Shown piece after piece: positions 1 through 9,812 of a stretch of DNA of 64,000 nucleotides. The DNA is from Acidobacteriota bacterium (GTDB lineage: Bacteria; Acidobacteriota; UBA890; WLXD01). Made by a program: the position numbers and the translations under genes. Position 1 is the first letter of the stretch, and each line of letters begins with the position of its first letter. The notes beneath the pieces were generated by a model. That model was not told the DNA's origin. It was given only the letters and a program-made list of their open reading frames with translations, and ran no database searches. The stretch spans positions 992,001 through 1,056,000 of the forward strand of contig CBDBHB010000008.1 in the NCBI GenBank assembly GCA_965205505.1. The letters run 5' to 3'.

Positions 1-986
1 CGCCAGTCGGCCGTCCACGCGCCAACGGGTGTACGGATGTTCTGCACCTCGCCATCGAGGGCTGGCTGCAGGTCGAAGATACGCAGCGGGGCGTAGCGGT
101 ATTCGGTCTCGGCGATCGCGTAGCGACCGTCCGGTGTGGGCGTGAACGTGTGGCCGTACTCCACTCCCTGGATACCGGTCAGCGAGAACAGCATCTCGGG
201 CGCCTCCAGGTTGGTGACGTCATAGACGTAGTATCCGTCGGTGCCGCCACCGTAAAAGCGGTCGGTCTGCGTGTCCTCGTGCCAGCCGACGTAAAAGTCG
301 TGATAGCCACGGTAGCCACGATCACCTCCCGAGCCCGTTCCGACGGGTACGTTCGCCACACGCGCGTCGTCCATGTGTCCGGTAATCACGTGCACCAGGT
401 CATAGACGTTGGCACCGGGTCCCGCCAGGGTCGTGAACAGCAACGGGCGGCCGTTGCTGTGCGCGTAGATGTAGATGTTGTGAAAGCCGCCTACCATCTC
501 CGGCTCGCTGATGCGTGCCACCTCAACGATTTTCTCAGGCAGGCCGGTGACATCGAAGATGATGGCGCCGAGATCCGCGTCCGGTCCACCCTGCGCGAAC
601 TGCACCGATAGCACGACGTAGTAACGACCCTCCCACATGAAGTACTTGATGTCCTTGCCACCGGCACCGGCATGCAAGTCCTGGTCCTCGATACGCCACT
701 CGTGAATACGTTTCGGGTTGGAGGGATCGGTGAGATCGATCACGTCCATTCCCTTCTCGCCGAACTCGCCGAATACCTCACGCGCCACGTACGCGTAGGG
801 GCGCGAGAGCTCCTGTTCAATCTCGATATCGGCAACGCTGAGCGGCGCGCCCAGCGGCAGGTGGGCCACCACCTCGATGTTGTCGCTACCGGGTTTGTCA
901 GGGGTCCACTGCTGTTCGACCGCGCCGGCCGAGGTCGCGGCAATGAAGAAGCTGGTGGCAGCAAGAGCGGTCAATCGACGTGACAT
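1..986 (-). CDS. Secreted LVIVD-repeat (beta-propeller) protein, 3' end outside the window
   Basis: Manual translation (absent from the ORF track because it runs off the edge): GGAGG RBS, then ATG at 986, MSRRLTALAATSFFIAATSAGA signal peptide, NIEVVAHLPL, YAYVA, GMDVIDLTDPSNP, AIIFDVT and GFHNIYIY repeats. Confidence 0.75.
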   Translation of the reverse strand, partial: MSRRLTALAATSFFIAATSAGAVEQQWTPDKPGSDNIEVVAHLPLGAPLSVADIEIEQELSRPYAYVAREVFGEFGEKGMDVIDLTDPSNPKRIHEWRIEDQDLHAGAGGKDIKYFMWEGRYYVVLSVQFAQGGPDADLGAIIFDVTGLPEKIVEVARISEPEMVGGFHNIYIYAHSNGRPLLFTTLAGPGANVYDLVHVITGHMDDARVANVPVGTGSGGDRGYRGYHDFYVGWHEDTQTDRFYGGGTDGYYVYDVTNLEAPEMLFSLTGIQGVEYGHTFTPTPDGRYAIAETEYRYAPLRIFDLQPALDGEVQNIRTPVGAWTADW

Positions 987-2121
987 GCTGAACCTCCACT
1001 GTGTTCGAGATACTACTGAGGAACTGGGAGAATCGATGATGCGCGTCTGTCGACTCCGACGACCCCGCTGGCGAGGCCGGGTGCCTTCCAAGGTCGCGTC
1101 GAGTCAACGTTGACTCGAGTAGTCGCAGCAACCGGTCGGCATCGACCGCGACGGCTACGGCGACGGCCGGCGCATCGTGCCAGGGCTTCCACTCCTCTGG
1201 AGCGTCGAGCGGTGCCGTGATCGTCTGCCCCCTGGCGATTCCCTCAGTCGCCACGCGGACGCGCGCATCCTGCGTCGAGAAGATGTCCGGATCAATGAGA
1301 TACGCCACCGCCGAGGGATCGTGCACGTAGAAGCCGCCCGTCACGCCGATCGACTCATAGAACTGCTTGTAGAAGCGGGTTATGCGGTAGATAAAGGCGC
1401 CGATATCGTTGCTGTGTGCCAGGCGCTCGAGGACGCTCTCGGTAAGCCGTACCTGCGTCGTCACGTCGAGGCCGACCATCGTGACTTTCCACGATGCGGC
1501 CAGCACGATGTCGGCGGCGTGCGGGTCACCCGCGATGTTCGCCTCGGCGACCGGCGAAACGTTGCCGGGCACTGGGGCAGCACCGCCCATCAGCACGACC
1601 TGCTTGACCAGGCTTGGAAGCGCCGGCTCGATCGCCAAGGCGACGGCGAGGTTGGTCAGCCGACCCAGGGCAAGGAGCGTCACCTCGCCCGGGTTGCTAC
1701 GTACGGTCTCGACGATGAAGCGGGCGGCGCCCACATCGATCGGTGCGGTCGTCGGTGGCGGCGTATCGATGTTGCCGATGCCGTCGGAGCCATGGACAAA
1801 GTCGGGCGGCGAGGGCGTCTCGCCTATCCACGGGCTAGAGGCACCGCGGGCCACCGAAACGCGACGGCCGGCGAGCTCCACCAAGCGCAGCGCGTTCAGC
1901 GTCGCCCGCTCGATGTCGGCGTTGCCGAACACCGTCGTGATGCCGAGAACGTCGAGCGCCGGCGAGCGCAATGCAAAGAGAATGGCGATCGAATCGTCGA
2001 TCCCCGGGTCCGCATCGATGATCACTTTCTGCGCTTGGCGCTCGGCCGGCGCTACGTCCGCCGCGCCCGGAGCCACCGAGATCATCAGGAGGCCTATCAG
2101 AAGCGCGAGGTAACTGCTCAT
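898..2121 (-). CDS. Inosine/uridine-preferring nucleoside hydrolase with signal peptide
   Basis: IIDADPGIDD motif, GNVSPVAEANIAGDPHAA, HDP. The last ~65 aa look non-homologous and overlap the next gene by 89 bp. Confidence 0.9.
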   Translation of the reverse strand: MSSYLALLIGLLMISVAPGAADVAPAERQAQKVIIDADPGIDDSIAILFALRSPALDVLGITTVFGNADIERATLNALRLVELAGRRVSVARGASSPWIGETPSPPDFVHGSDGIGNIDTPPPTTAPIDVGAARFIVETVRSNPGEVTLLALGRLTNLAVALAIEPALPSLVKQVVLMGGAAPVPGNVSPVAEANIAGDPHAADIVLAASWKVTMVGLDVTTQVRLTESVLERLAHSNDIGAFIYRITRFYKQFYESIGVTGGFYVHDPSAVAYLIDPDIFSTQDARVRVATEGIARGQTITAPLDAPEEWKPWHDAPAVAVAVAVDADRLLRLLESTLTRRDLGRHPASPAGSSESTDAHHRFSQFLSSISNTVEVQHVTSIDRSCCHQLLHCRDLGRRGRTAVDP

Positions 2122-2155
2122 GGTCCGTCGCCTCGTCAGACTCAGCGCCTGGCCG

Positions 2156-3880
2156 TCATTGCCGTGCGTACTCGAGCTCGCCGTCGATAAAGGTCATGTC
2201 GACGGCGATTTCCTTGATGGTTGCAGGGGGCACGCTCGTCGGATCCGCTGAGAGGACTACGAAATCCGCCAGCTTTCCGCTCTCGATCGACCCCTTGATC
2301 TCTTCGTCGAAGGTCGAGTAGGCGCCCCCAAGGGTCCAAACACGAATGGCGTCTTCGACGCTGATCTTCTGCTCCGCACCATAGACCTTTCCCTGAGCAC
2401 TGGCTCGCGTAACCATGCTCTGGATTCGGAGCATCGGATCCGCCGCACTCACGCCGTAGTCGGAGTTTCCGGCCACCGGAATGCCGAGCTCTAAGGCTGA
2501 TCGATTGGCATGCATCATCTTCCAGCGTGTCGCGCCGTAGGCCTCCATCTTGTCGCCGTGCTCGTACACGTAGGAATGCAAAGCCAGGACGACGCCGAGC
2601 TCCTTGACCCTCCTGAGAATGGTGGGATTGACGATGCTCGCGTGCTCGATGCGGTGTCGATGATTCCTGCGCGGCCGACGATTCAAAGCTCGCTCGAGCG
2701 CGTCGAGAACCATGTCGATCTCGCGGTCGCCGTTCGAGTGTACGGCAACCTGGAATCCGGCCTCGTGAATCTCGAGAATCATGGCGTCGAGATCCTCTTG
2801 AGATCTGGCCGGTGGGATGCCGTAGTAGTCGCGCTCGCCCGTTGCCGGATTGGTCATCTCGTAGGGCTCGTATAGCCAGCAGGTTCTCCCCGAGAGCGAG
2901 TTGCCATGGAAGCTCTTGATCGCGCCGATTCTCAGATGGTCGCTACCAAACCCTGTGCGCAGGCCGAGCGCTCGTAGCGCCGGCAGGTGGCGGAATTCGA
3001 ACATGATGCTCACCCTGACCGGTTGGCCTTGCTCGGCCGCGTCCTGGTAAACCTCGAAGGCCGCTGGACCGCTCCCTGCATCGACGACGCTGGTGATGCC
3101 CTTGCTCAGGAAGGCCTCGAAGGTCCGCAGCGTCCCCTGCGTCTGTTCGTCGCGTGTGGCCTCGGCCAACGGAGGACCGGCGCGCATGATGGGCTCGATG
3201 GCGTTTTCCCATACCACCCCCGTGGGGCGCCCTTCGTTGTCGCGCTCAAACCCCCCGCCAGGTGGGTCCGGTGTCGCGCTGTCGATGGAGGCCGTCTCCA
3301 GAGCCAGGGAATTGACCGCCGATACATGGCCACTGGAATGAGTGATGAAGATCGGATGAACCGTTGAGGCCTGATCCAGATCCCAGCGACTCGGGTGTCG
3401 GCCGAGCTTGGTGTCCTGGTATCGAGTGCCAATCACCCACTCGCCCTCTGGGGTGATGGAAGCCTTTCCCCTCAACGCAGCGACAACGTCCTGCATCGTT
3501 GGCACGTTGTCCGGACTCAGGTCGACCCTGCCCAAGCGCGACGTCACCGGATACGTCGGCCCCGGGTGCATGTGGGCGTCGACGTAACCGGGGACGAGGG
3601 TCTTGCCGCCAGCATCAATGATCTGTGTGTTTGGGCCGATCAGCGAACGTATCTCTACGTCGCTCCCCACCATCACGAATTTACCGTCTCGAATCGCTAG
3701 CGCTTCGGCCCTCGGATTCCTGTCGTCGACGGTAATGATTTTCGCCGAGATCACCACCAAGTCGGCGGTCAAGCGCTCTTGCGTCGCAACAGGAGAAGAC
3801 ACCGACAAGGCCCAAATGCCGACTGTCACAGCGGCGGCAACCGACCGTTGACTGAGGCGAACACCGGCCTGGACAGGCAT
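2156..3880 (-). CDS. Amidohydrolase family 3 (YtcJ-like), secreted
   Basis: PGYVDAHMH, VAVHSNGD, HRIEHAS, NSDY, GSIESGKLADFVVL; N-terminal signal-like segment. Confidence 0.9.
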   Translation of the reverse strand: MPVQAGVRLSQRSVAAAVTVGIWALSVSSPVATQERLTADLVVISAKIITVDDRNPRAEALAIRDGKFVMVGSDVEIRSLIGPNTQIIDAGGKTLVPGYVDAHMHPGPTYPVTSRLGRVDLSPDNVPTMQDVVAALRGKASITPEGEWVIGTRYQDTKLGRHPSRWDLDQASTVHPIFITHSSGHVSAVNSLALETASIDSATPDPPGGGFERDNEGRPTGVVWENAIEPIMRAGPPLAEATRDEQTQGTLRTFEAFLSKGITSVVDAGSGPAAFEVYQDAAEQGQPVRVSIMFEFRHLPALRALGLRTGFGSDHLRIGAIKSFHGNSLSGRTCWLYEPYEMTNPATGERDYYGIPPARSQEDLDAMILEIHEAGFQVAVHSNGDREIDMVLDALERALNRRPRRNHRHRIEHASIVNPTILRRVKELGVVLALHSYVYEHGDKMEAYGATRWKMMHANRSALELGIPVAGNSDYGVSAADPMLRIQSMVTRASAQGKVYGAEQKISVEDAIRVWTLGGAYSTFDEEIKGSIESGKLADFVVLSADPTSVPPATIKEIAVDMTFIDGELEYARQ

Positions 3881-3930
3881 CGGGCATCTCGTGGGTTTGC
3901 CGGGTGTCCGGCGAGGGCCGTAGTCGATGA

Positions 3931-4761
3931 TCAGGGTCTTGCGCCGCCAGCGAGACGAGCTTCGATCTTGTCCAAGACCGGAGCAACATCGGCGATTCCG
4001 TCCACCACATAGTGGGCGCCGGCCTGACTCATTCGGCGATACGCTTCAGACAGGCGTTCCGTGTAATCAGCCGGCTCGAGGGCGTCGATCTCCGCTTCGG
4101 TCAGCCCGATCTCGTTGCCGGTCTTGGCCAATCCTATTGTCCACATCCCGGCATTGAGACCTTCCGAAATGTCCGGCAGCGTGTCGCCGATCTTTACAAT
4201 TGCTTCCATAGGGTAGACCTGCAGATCGAGAGCGTTCTTGAGGCACATCCAGGGATGGGGCCGAGCAGCAGGCACGTCGGTCGCACAGACCGTGGCGTCT
4301 GGCTCGTAGCCGCGTCTCTTGGCCTCCAGCAGGAGCAAATCCATCATCTCGCCCGTATACCCAGTCGTTGACCCGATCTTCAGCCCACGGTCGCGAAAGG
4401 CCGCTACAGCATCGAGCGTGCCGGGTATCAGATCCGCGTAGTCGGCCAAGCAATCCAGCTGCAGCGGGATGAACTGCTGGAACATGGACTCGACGTCGTC
4501 GTCGCTTGGGGCGCTCCCGTGAGCCTCGCGCCACATCGACTCCACTTCTTCCATTCTCGAGATCGCATGGATGTGGACCTTCTTGTGAGCGCCCATAGGA
4601 ATCCGCGCTTGCCCGATCGTGATGGGCACTTTCATACGCTTGAAGACTTCGACGAAGACAACCGCCGGGGCATAGCATCCATAGTCTAAGGTCGTGCCAG
4701 CCCAATCCAGGATCACGGCTTTCAAGCGGCCTCGGTACGATCGTTTGAAGTAGAACTCCAT
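3931..4761 (-). CDS. phnX: Phosphonoacetaldehyde hydrolase (phosphonatase, HAD family)
   Basis: VILDWAGTTLDYGCYAP nucleophile motif, PMGAHKKVHI Schiff-base Lys region, KIGDTLPDISEGLNAGMWT, GNEIGL. Confidence 0.95.
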   Translation of the reverse strand: MEFYFKRSYRGRLKAVILDWAGTTLDYGCYAPAVVFVEVFKRMKVPITIGQARIPMGAHKKVHIHAISRMEEVESMWREAHGSAPSDDDVESMFQQFIPLQLDCLADYADLIPGTLDAVAAFRDRGLKIGSTTGYTGEMMDLLLLEAKRRGYEPDATVCATDVPAARPHPWMCLKNALDLQVYPMEAIVKIGDTLPDISEGLNAGMWTIGLAKTGNEIGLTEAEIDALEPADYTERLSEAYRRMSQAGAHYVVDGIADVAPVLDKIEARLAGGARP

Positions 4762-4838
4762 GAGGGCTCCCCCTTAAGACGGCGTCTCGATTTCACCTCA
4801 GCCAGGAATCGAAGGCCTCTGGTTGCGCGCGTCTGTGC

Positions 4839-6476
4839 CTATTCCTTCAGGCCGAAGGTGAAGATCACATTTCCCGCGGCGACCGAAATGTACTGTTGCC
4901 CGTTCACGGCGTAGGTCATCGGCGCCGAATGCACACGGGCGCCTACGTTCACGTGCCATAGCTCCTTGCCGCTGGCGGCGTCGAGCGCGAAGAAATAGCC
5001 GCCGACCGTGCCGCCGAAGACCAGATCTCCAGCAGTCGACAGCAACCCCGACGTGGAGTGCGGCGCTAGCGGGAACTCCCAACGGAGGTCGCCGGTCGCC
5101 GGGTCGATAGCTCGGATGGCGCTCTGATAGCTGTCCACCGGCAGCACGCGACGCCCGGCACCGCCCGAGTAGTACTCGCCTTCCACATACTCCTGATCAC
5201 GCTTGAAGTACTCCTGCTCGCCATCGAAGGCATTGACGTAGAACAGGCCGGTACGCGGACTGTACGCCGGTGACCACCAGTTGGTGGCTCCATACACCGA
5301 TGGCGACACGACGACGCCCTCGAACGTCGGCGACGTGTCAGGGAAGCGGATCGGACGCCCGTTCTCATCCAGGCCTTCTGCCCAGGTTTGCCTGGCGAAC
5401 GACTCGCCGACCAGAAACTCGCCGGTCTGGCGGTCGAGCGTGTAGTAGAAGCCGTTGCGGTTGGCCCACATCATTACCTTGCGCATCTCGCCTTCGTAGA
5501 CCACTTCGCCGAGGATCGGAATCTGGATGGCATCCCAGTCGTGCACGTCATGCGGGGTGAACTGGAAATACCATGCCAACTCGCCCGTGTCGGCATCCAG
5601 CGCCAGGGCCGAGTCGGAATACAAGTTGTCGCCCAACCGGACGTCGCCGTTCCAGTCGGGGCCAGGATTCCCCGTGCCCCAGTAGATGAGGTCGAGATTC
5701 GGATCGTACGAGCCGGTGATCCAGGTGGGAGACCCGCCCGTGCGCCACGATTCACCCGCCCAGGTCCGATTGTCGGCGTGCTCCGGCCCCGGGATGGTCC
5801 AGGCACGCCATTCCCGCTCGCCGGTCTCGGCATTGTAGGAATCGAGAAAGCCGCGGATGCCGTACTCCCCACCGGCGATGCCGGTCACAACATGGTCCTT
5901 GACGATCAACGGCGCCGCAGTCTTACTGTAGCCGGAGCTGTACTCCGCAACTTCCCGATTCCACACCAGGTTGCCGCTGCGCGCGTCGATGGCCACCAGA
6001 TGCGCGTCCAGCGTGCTCATGTAGAGCGTCTCACCCAGGATCGCGACGCCGCGATTGTTGCGACCGCAGCACAAGCGCAGGTCGTCGGGCAGCTCGTGAT
6101 CATAGCGCCAGTACGGGCGCCCGGTTGCGGCATGGAGCGCCACGACGTTGCTTGGCGCCTCGGTAACGAACATCACACCGTCGACGACCAGCGGCGTGGT
6201 CTCGGCGCGATCGATGGCGGGAATCTGGTAGGCCCACTTGAGCTCGAGATCTGCCACGTTCCGGGTGTGCACACGGTCGAGCCGGCTGTGACGCTGGCTG
6301 TCGAGGGTCCCCGAGTACATCAACCAGTTCTCCGGCTCGTTCGCCGCGTTCAGCAGTCGCTCCCAGGTCACCGGCGAAAGCGCTGGCGTCGGCGCTTTCG
6401 TGCTCGGTGGTTCCTGGGCCGGCACGAGCGGCACGAACGTGAAGATGGCAATGACAAACAGGAGACGTTTCATCAT
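4839..6476 (-). CDS. PQQ-dependent dehydrogenase, methanol/ethanol family
   Basis: Signal peptide, vicinal CC (LCCGRNNRG), GGEYG, WGTGNPGP, TPHDVHDWDA, NRNGFYYTLDR, PMTYAVNGQQY. Confidence 0.92.
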   Translation of the reverse strand: MMKRLLFVIAIFTFVPLVPAQEPPSTKAPTPALSPVTWERLLNAANEPENWLMYSGTLDSQRHSRLDRVHTRNVADLELKWAYQIPAIDRAETTPLVVDGVMFVTEAPSNVVALHAATGRPYWRYDHELPDDLRLCCGRNNRGVAILGETLYMSTLDAHLVAIDARSGNLVWNREVAEYSSGYSKTAAPLIVKDHVVTGIAGGEYGIRGFLDSYNAETGEREWRAWTIPGPEHADNRTWAGESWRTGGSPTWITGSYDPNLDLIYWGTGNPGPDWNGDVRLGDNLYSDSALALDADTGELAWYFQFTPHDVHDWDAIQIPILGEVVYEGEMRKVMMWANRNGFYYTLDRQTGEFLVGESFARQTWAEGLDENGRPIRFPDTSPTFEGVVVSPSVYGATNWWSPAYSPRTGLFYVNAFDGEQEYFKRDQEYVEGEYYSGGAGRRVLPVDSYQSAIRAIDPATGDLRWEFPLAPHSTSGLLSTAGDLVFGGTVGGYFFALDAASGKELWHVNVGARVHSAPMTYAVNGQQYISVAAGNVIFTFGLKE

Positions 6477-7279
6477 CGACGCTCCTTCCGCAGCGAGAAA
6501 AGGTAGGCAACCAGGTCGTCCACCTCCCCCGTAGTCAGCGTGTTCTCATAGCTCGGCATGCTCGAAGTCGTAATCCGATCGCTGCCGCTGATCTGACTCT
6601 TCGAAAAGTGCCAGAGGTTCTCGTCCTCGTCCATCATGCTGAGCGTGAACGTATCTTCGTTCATCCGCAGACCCTCGACGACGGTACCGTCATGCTGTGT
6701 GACCCGTAGCGTCCACCAGCGCGGCGCGACCTCTTCATTCGGATCGAGCAGGTCGGCCTTGAGCTCGTCTGGATCGCGGCGGTTCGCAACCACCGAAAGG
6801 TCGGGTCCGAGCCGACCGCCTTCCCCGCCAACCATGTGGCAGCTTGCGCAGTTGCCCTTCCCGTCGAAGACCTGTCGTCCGGCGCTGGGGCTACCCGGAA
6901 GGTCGTAGTCGGCAGGATCGAGGTTCAATGAGTGGATGTAAGTGATGATTTGCCAGACCGTCTGGTCCGGCGCCTGCGGGCTGATCCCCATCATGGCGGT
7001 ACCGTCGATACCCTCGCGAATGACATTGAAGAGCCCGGCGTCGGTGCTGGCCGTCGCAAAGGTGCCCGTCGTGAGGTCGGGCGCCCCGGTCTCGCCACCG
7101 CCGGTCCCGTCGAGGCCATGGCAGCGCCCGCATTGGGACAGGAACACGCGCCTGCCCATCCGGAGGTCGACCGAGGTCGTGAGCGGGTTCTCCTGGGCTG
7201 CTGCCGGCGCGGCGGTCCCGCCGACGATCAGCAGACCGCCGATGAGAGCGGTTCGAACGGCACTAGCCCGAAGGCGCAT
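6473..7279 (-). CDS. Diheme cytochrome c, probable electron-acceptor partner of the adjacent PQQ dehydrogenase
   Basis: CGRCH and CASCH heme motifs, GPDLS, SMPSY; overlaps the dehydrogenase start; start chosen at ATG 7279 after AGAGG. Confidence 0.88.
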   Translation of the reverse strand: MRLRASAVRTALIGGLLIVGGTAAPAAAQENPLTTSVDLRMGRRVFLSQCGRCHGLDGTGGGETGAPDLTTGTFATASTDAGLFNVIREGIDGTAMMGISPQAPDQTVWQIITYIHSLNLDPADYDLPGSPSAGRQVFDGKGNCASCHMVGGEGGRLGPDLSVVANRRDPDELKADLLDPNEEVAPRWWTLRVTQHDGTVVEGLRMNEDTFTLSMMDEDENLWHFSKSQISGSDRITTSSMPSYENTLTTGEVDDLVAYLFSLRKERR

Positions 7280-7357
7280 GGGGCAACCTCTCTTGAAGTC
7301 GGTTAGCGGACGTGTGGGCGCCATCGGCACCCTCACGACCTGATACGACCGTAGTGT

Positions 7358-8098
7358 TTACCGTACCGGCTCGTCCCCCATCAGTCGCGCCAGCATCGGC
7401 TCCATGGCCTCGGCCCAGATCTGATAGCCACGTTCTTGCGGGTGTAGGGCGTCGGGCATGACGCTCTCCGGCAGGACACCGTCGTCCTCCAGAAAGCTAT
7501 CGCCGATGTCCAGATAGTGGATCCACCTACCGTCGTCGAGCTCGGCGATGACGGAGTTGGCTGCTGTGTTGACGCCGCGTTGCCAGTCGTCGCCCGCTCT
7601 ACCCCGCGGAAACACGGCCAACAGGAGGATCTTCGTTTCCGGCAGCAGAGCTCGCAGCGTGTTGCAGATCGCGCCGATCCCCTCAGCGATATCGTCCGGA
7701 GTGTAGTTGCGGGAGTTGTTGGTGCCGATCATCAGCACCGCCACCTTGGGGCTGACGCGGTCGAGCTGACCGTGGATCAGCCGCCACAGCACGTGCTGCG
7801 TGCGATCGCCGCTGAAGCCGAGATTCACCGCCTTGCGGTGCCCGTAGTACTTGTCCCAGGTTTCCTTGCCGGCGCTTTCCCAGCTGTGGGTTATGGAGTC
7901 GCCGATGAACAGCAGGTCGACATCGCCGCCCCCGATCTGTCGAACGTTGTTGTAGAAGCGGCTCATCCACCATGCTCTGTCGGCGCGCGGCGTCGGCACA
8001 GTGGCGGGGTCCTGTGCCTGCACGATGCCGGTCGTTGCCATCTGCACGCACAGGAGCAGCAGCAGAACCTTTCTCGGTGCCCTCTTCGCAGCTCTCAT
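7358..8098 (-). CDS. SGNH/GDSL hydrolase (PAF acetylhydrolase Ib-like)
   Basis: FIGDSIT, GFSGDRT, IGTNN, DALHP. The longer ORF call runs into the upstream repeat element. Confidence 0.9.
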   Translation of the reverse strand: MRAAKRAPRKVLLLLLCVQMATTGIVQAQDPATVPTPRADRAWWMSRFYNNVRQIGGGDVDLLFIGDSITHSWESAGKETWDKYYGHRKAVNLGFSGDRTQHVLWRLIHGQLDRVSPKVAVLMIGTNNSRNYTPDDIAEGIGAICNTLRALLPETKILLLAVFPRGRAGDDWQRGVNTAANSVIAELDDGRWIHYLDIGDSFLEDDGVLPESVMPDALHPQERGYQIWAEAMEPMLARLMGDEPVR

Positions 8099-8167
8099 CG
8101 TGTGCGCCTCCGTCCACCGATTCACGCACCGTCTGCAGGCAAGCTGCGATGTCCGCGATCGGTTGTC

Positions 8168-8346
8168 TAGCAGGGTGCTGAAAAACTCTGGTGGGTCTGG
8201 CGCGTGGGTCTTGCTGGCGAGATCAAGGAAGAGCGACGATGGCGATGCCAGGGCGCATCGTCGAGGAGCTCTGACGCTGAGATCGTCGGCAACCCCCATG
8301 CGCCTTACAGGTTACAGACCCACCAGAGTTTTTCAGCACCCTGCTA
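8168..8346. mobile_element. Non-autonomous TIR element (MITE-like), single-arm form
   Basis: Perfect 32-bp terminal inverted repeats tagcagggtgctgaaaaactctggtgggtctg (8168-8199 / 8315-8346); internal ggcgatg-N8-catcgtcg hairpin; no coding capacity. Confidence 0.85.
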
Positions 8347-9807
8347 TAGCAACACCTTCTCGAACACGCGGCCGGCCACGTCTGTGAGTCGGTGATCACG
8401 GCCCTGATACCTGTACGTCAGTCGTTTGTGGTCGATGCCCAGACAGTGGAGGATCGTCGCCTGCAGGTCGTGCACGTGCACCGGGTCCTCGAGGATGTTG
8501 TACGAGAAGTCGTCGGTCCGTCCGAGGGAGACGCCGGGCTTGATACCTCCACCGGCCATCCACATGGTGAAACAACGTGGATGGTGGTCGCGCCCGTAGT
8601 TGTCTTCTTTCAGGGTGCCCTGGCAGTAGACCGTGCGGCCGAACTCCCCGCCCCAGATCACCAGCGTCTCGTCGAGCAGGCCGCGCTGCTTCAGGTCGGT
8701 GATCAGCCCTGCCGAGGCCTGATCGGTATCCTGACACTGCAGTGCGAGGTCGCGCGGTAGATCCAGGTGCTGGTCCCAGCCGCGATGGTACAGCTGCACG
8801 AAGCGCACGCCCTTCTCGGCAAGCCGGCGCGCCAGCAAGCAGTTGGCCGCGTAGGTGCTTGGCCGGCGTGCGTCTTCGCCGTACAGATCGAATGTGCTTG
8901 CCGGCTCGTCGGAGAGGTCCATCAGATCGGGCACCGACGCTTGCATCCGGTAGGCCAGCTCGTACTGGGCAATGCGCGTCTCGATCTCCGGATCACCGAG
9001 CGTCGCGGCACGTTCCTGGTTGATTGTCCGGATCGCGTCGATCAGGCGGCGGCGATTCGTGCGGCTAATGCCGGGGGGGTCTGAGAGGTGCAGCACCGGG
9101 TCACCGCTCGATTGAAAGTTGACGCCCTGATGATTCGACGGCAGAAAGCCGCTGCCCCACAACCGGGAGAACAGCGGCTGCTGGTCGAACTTCGCGCTGC
9201 CGCGTGAGAGCAGAGCGATGAAGGTCGGAAGATCCTGGTTCGCGCTGCCGAGGCCGTAGCTGAGCCACGCACCCATGCTGGGGCGACCCGGCTGCTGGCT
9301 GCCGCTCTGGATGAAGGTGATCGCGGGATCGTGATTGATAGCGTCGGTGTGCACGCTCTTGATGATGGCGATGTCGTCGACGATCTTCGCCGTATGCGGC
9401 AACAGCTCGCTGATCCAGGTCCCCGATTGTCCGTACTGGTCGAAGCCGAAGATCGGGTTCACGAGCGGGAACCGATCCTGTCCCGAGCTCATGCCGGTCA
9501 GCCGCTGTCCCTGGCGAACCGAGTCGGGAAGCTCGGTGCCGTGCAGCTCTCTCAGCTTGGGCTTGTAGTCGAAGAGATCCATTTGCGAGGGTGCGCCCGA
9601 CTGAAACAGGAAGATGGCACGCTTGGCCTTCGGGGCGAAGTGGGGCAGCACTCCTGGCGTTACACCGGCCTGCCCTCCTTCCCCGGCGGCCCACACCAGC
9701 TCGGGGGGCAGCAGCGCGGTCAGCGCCGCCACGCCGATGCCGGTGCGCGCCCGCGAGAACAGCTGTCGACGCGTCACCCGGAGCTCGTCCTCGCGTATGG
9801 GATCCAA
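8344..9807 (-). CDS. DUF1501 family (sulfatase-like) protein with Tat signal
   Basis: TRRQLFS Tat-like motif, [47 protein letters not shown]; probable TTG start at 9807. Confidence 0.9.
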   Translation of the reverse strand: MDPIREDELRVTRRQLFSRARTGIGVAALTALLPPELVWAAGEGGQAGVTPGVLPHFAPKAKRAIFLFQSGAPSQMDLFDYKPKLRELHGTELPDSVRQGQRLTGMSSGQDRFPLVNPIFGFDQYGQSGTWISELLPHTAKIVDDIAIIKSVHTDAINHDPAITFIQSGSQQPGRPSMGAWLSYGLGSANQDLPTFIALLSRGSAKFDQQPLFSRLWGSGFLPSNHQGVNFQSSGDPVLHLSDPPGISRTNRRRLIDAIRTINQERAATLGDPEIETRIAQYELAYRMQASVPDLMDLSDEPASTFDLYGEDARRPSTYAANCLLARRLAEKGVRFVQLYHRGWDQHLDLPRDLALQCQDTDQASAGLITDLKQRGLLDETLVIWGGEFGRTVYCQGTLKEDNYGRDHHPRCFTMWMAGGGIKPGVSLGRTDDFSYNILEDPVHVHDLQATILHCLGIDHKRLTYRYQGRDHRLTDVAGRVFEKVLL

Positions 9808-9812
9808 CCTTG

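Noticed and set aside
1177-2190. Long antisense and alternative-frame ORFs (also 5388-6506, 10487-11785, 40360-41532, 46112-47617, 57122-58459)
   Set aside because: These are shadow ORFs expected at high GC, overlapping motif-bearing genes, with Arg/Pro/Ala-rich composition and no motifs.
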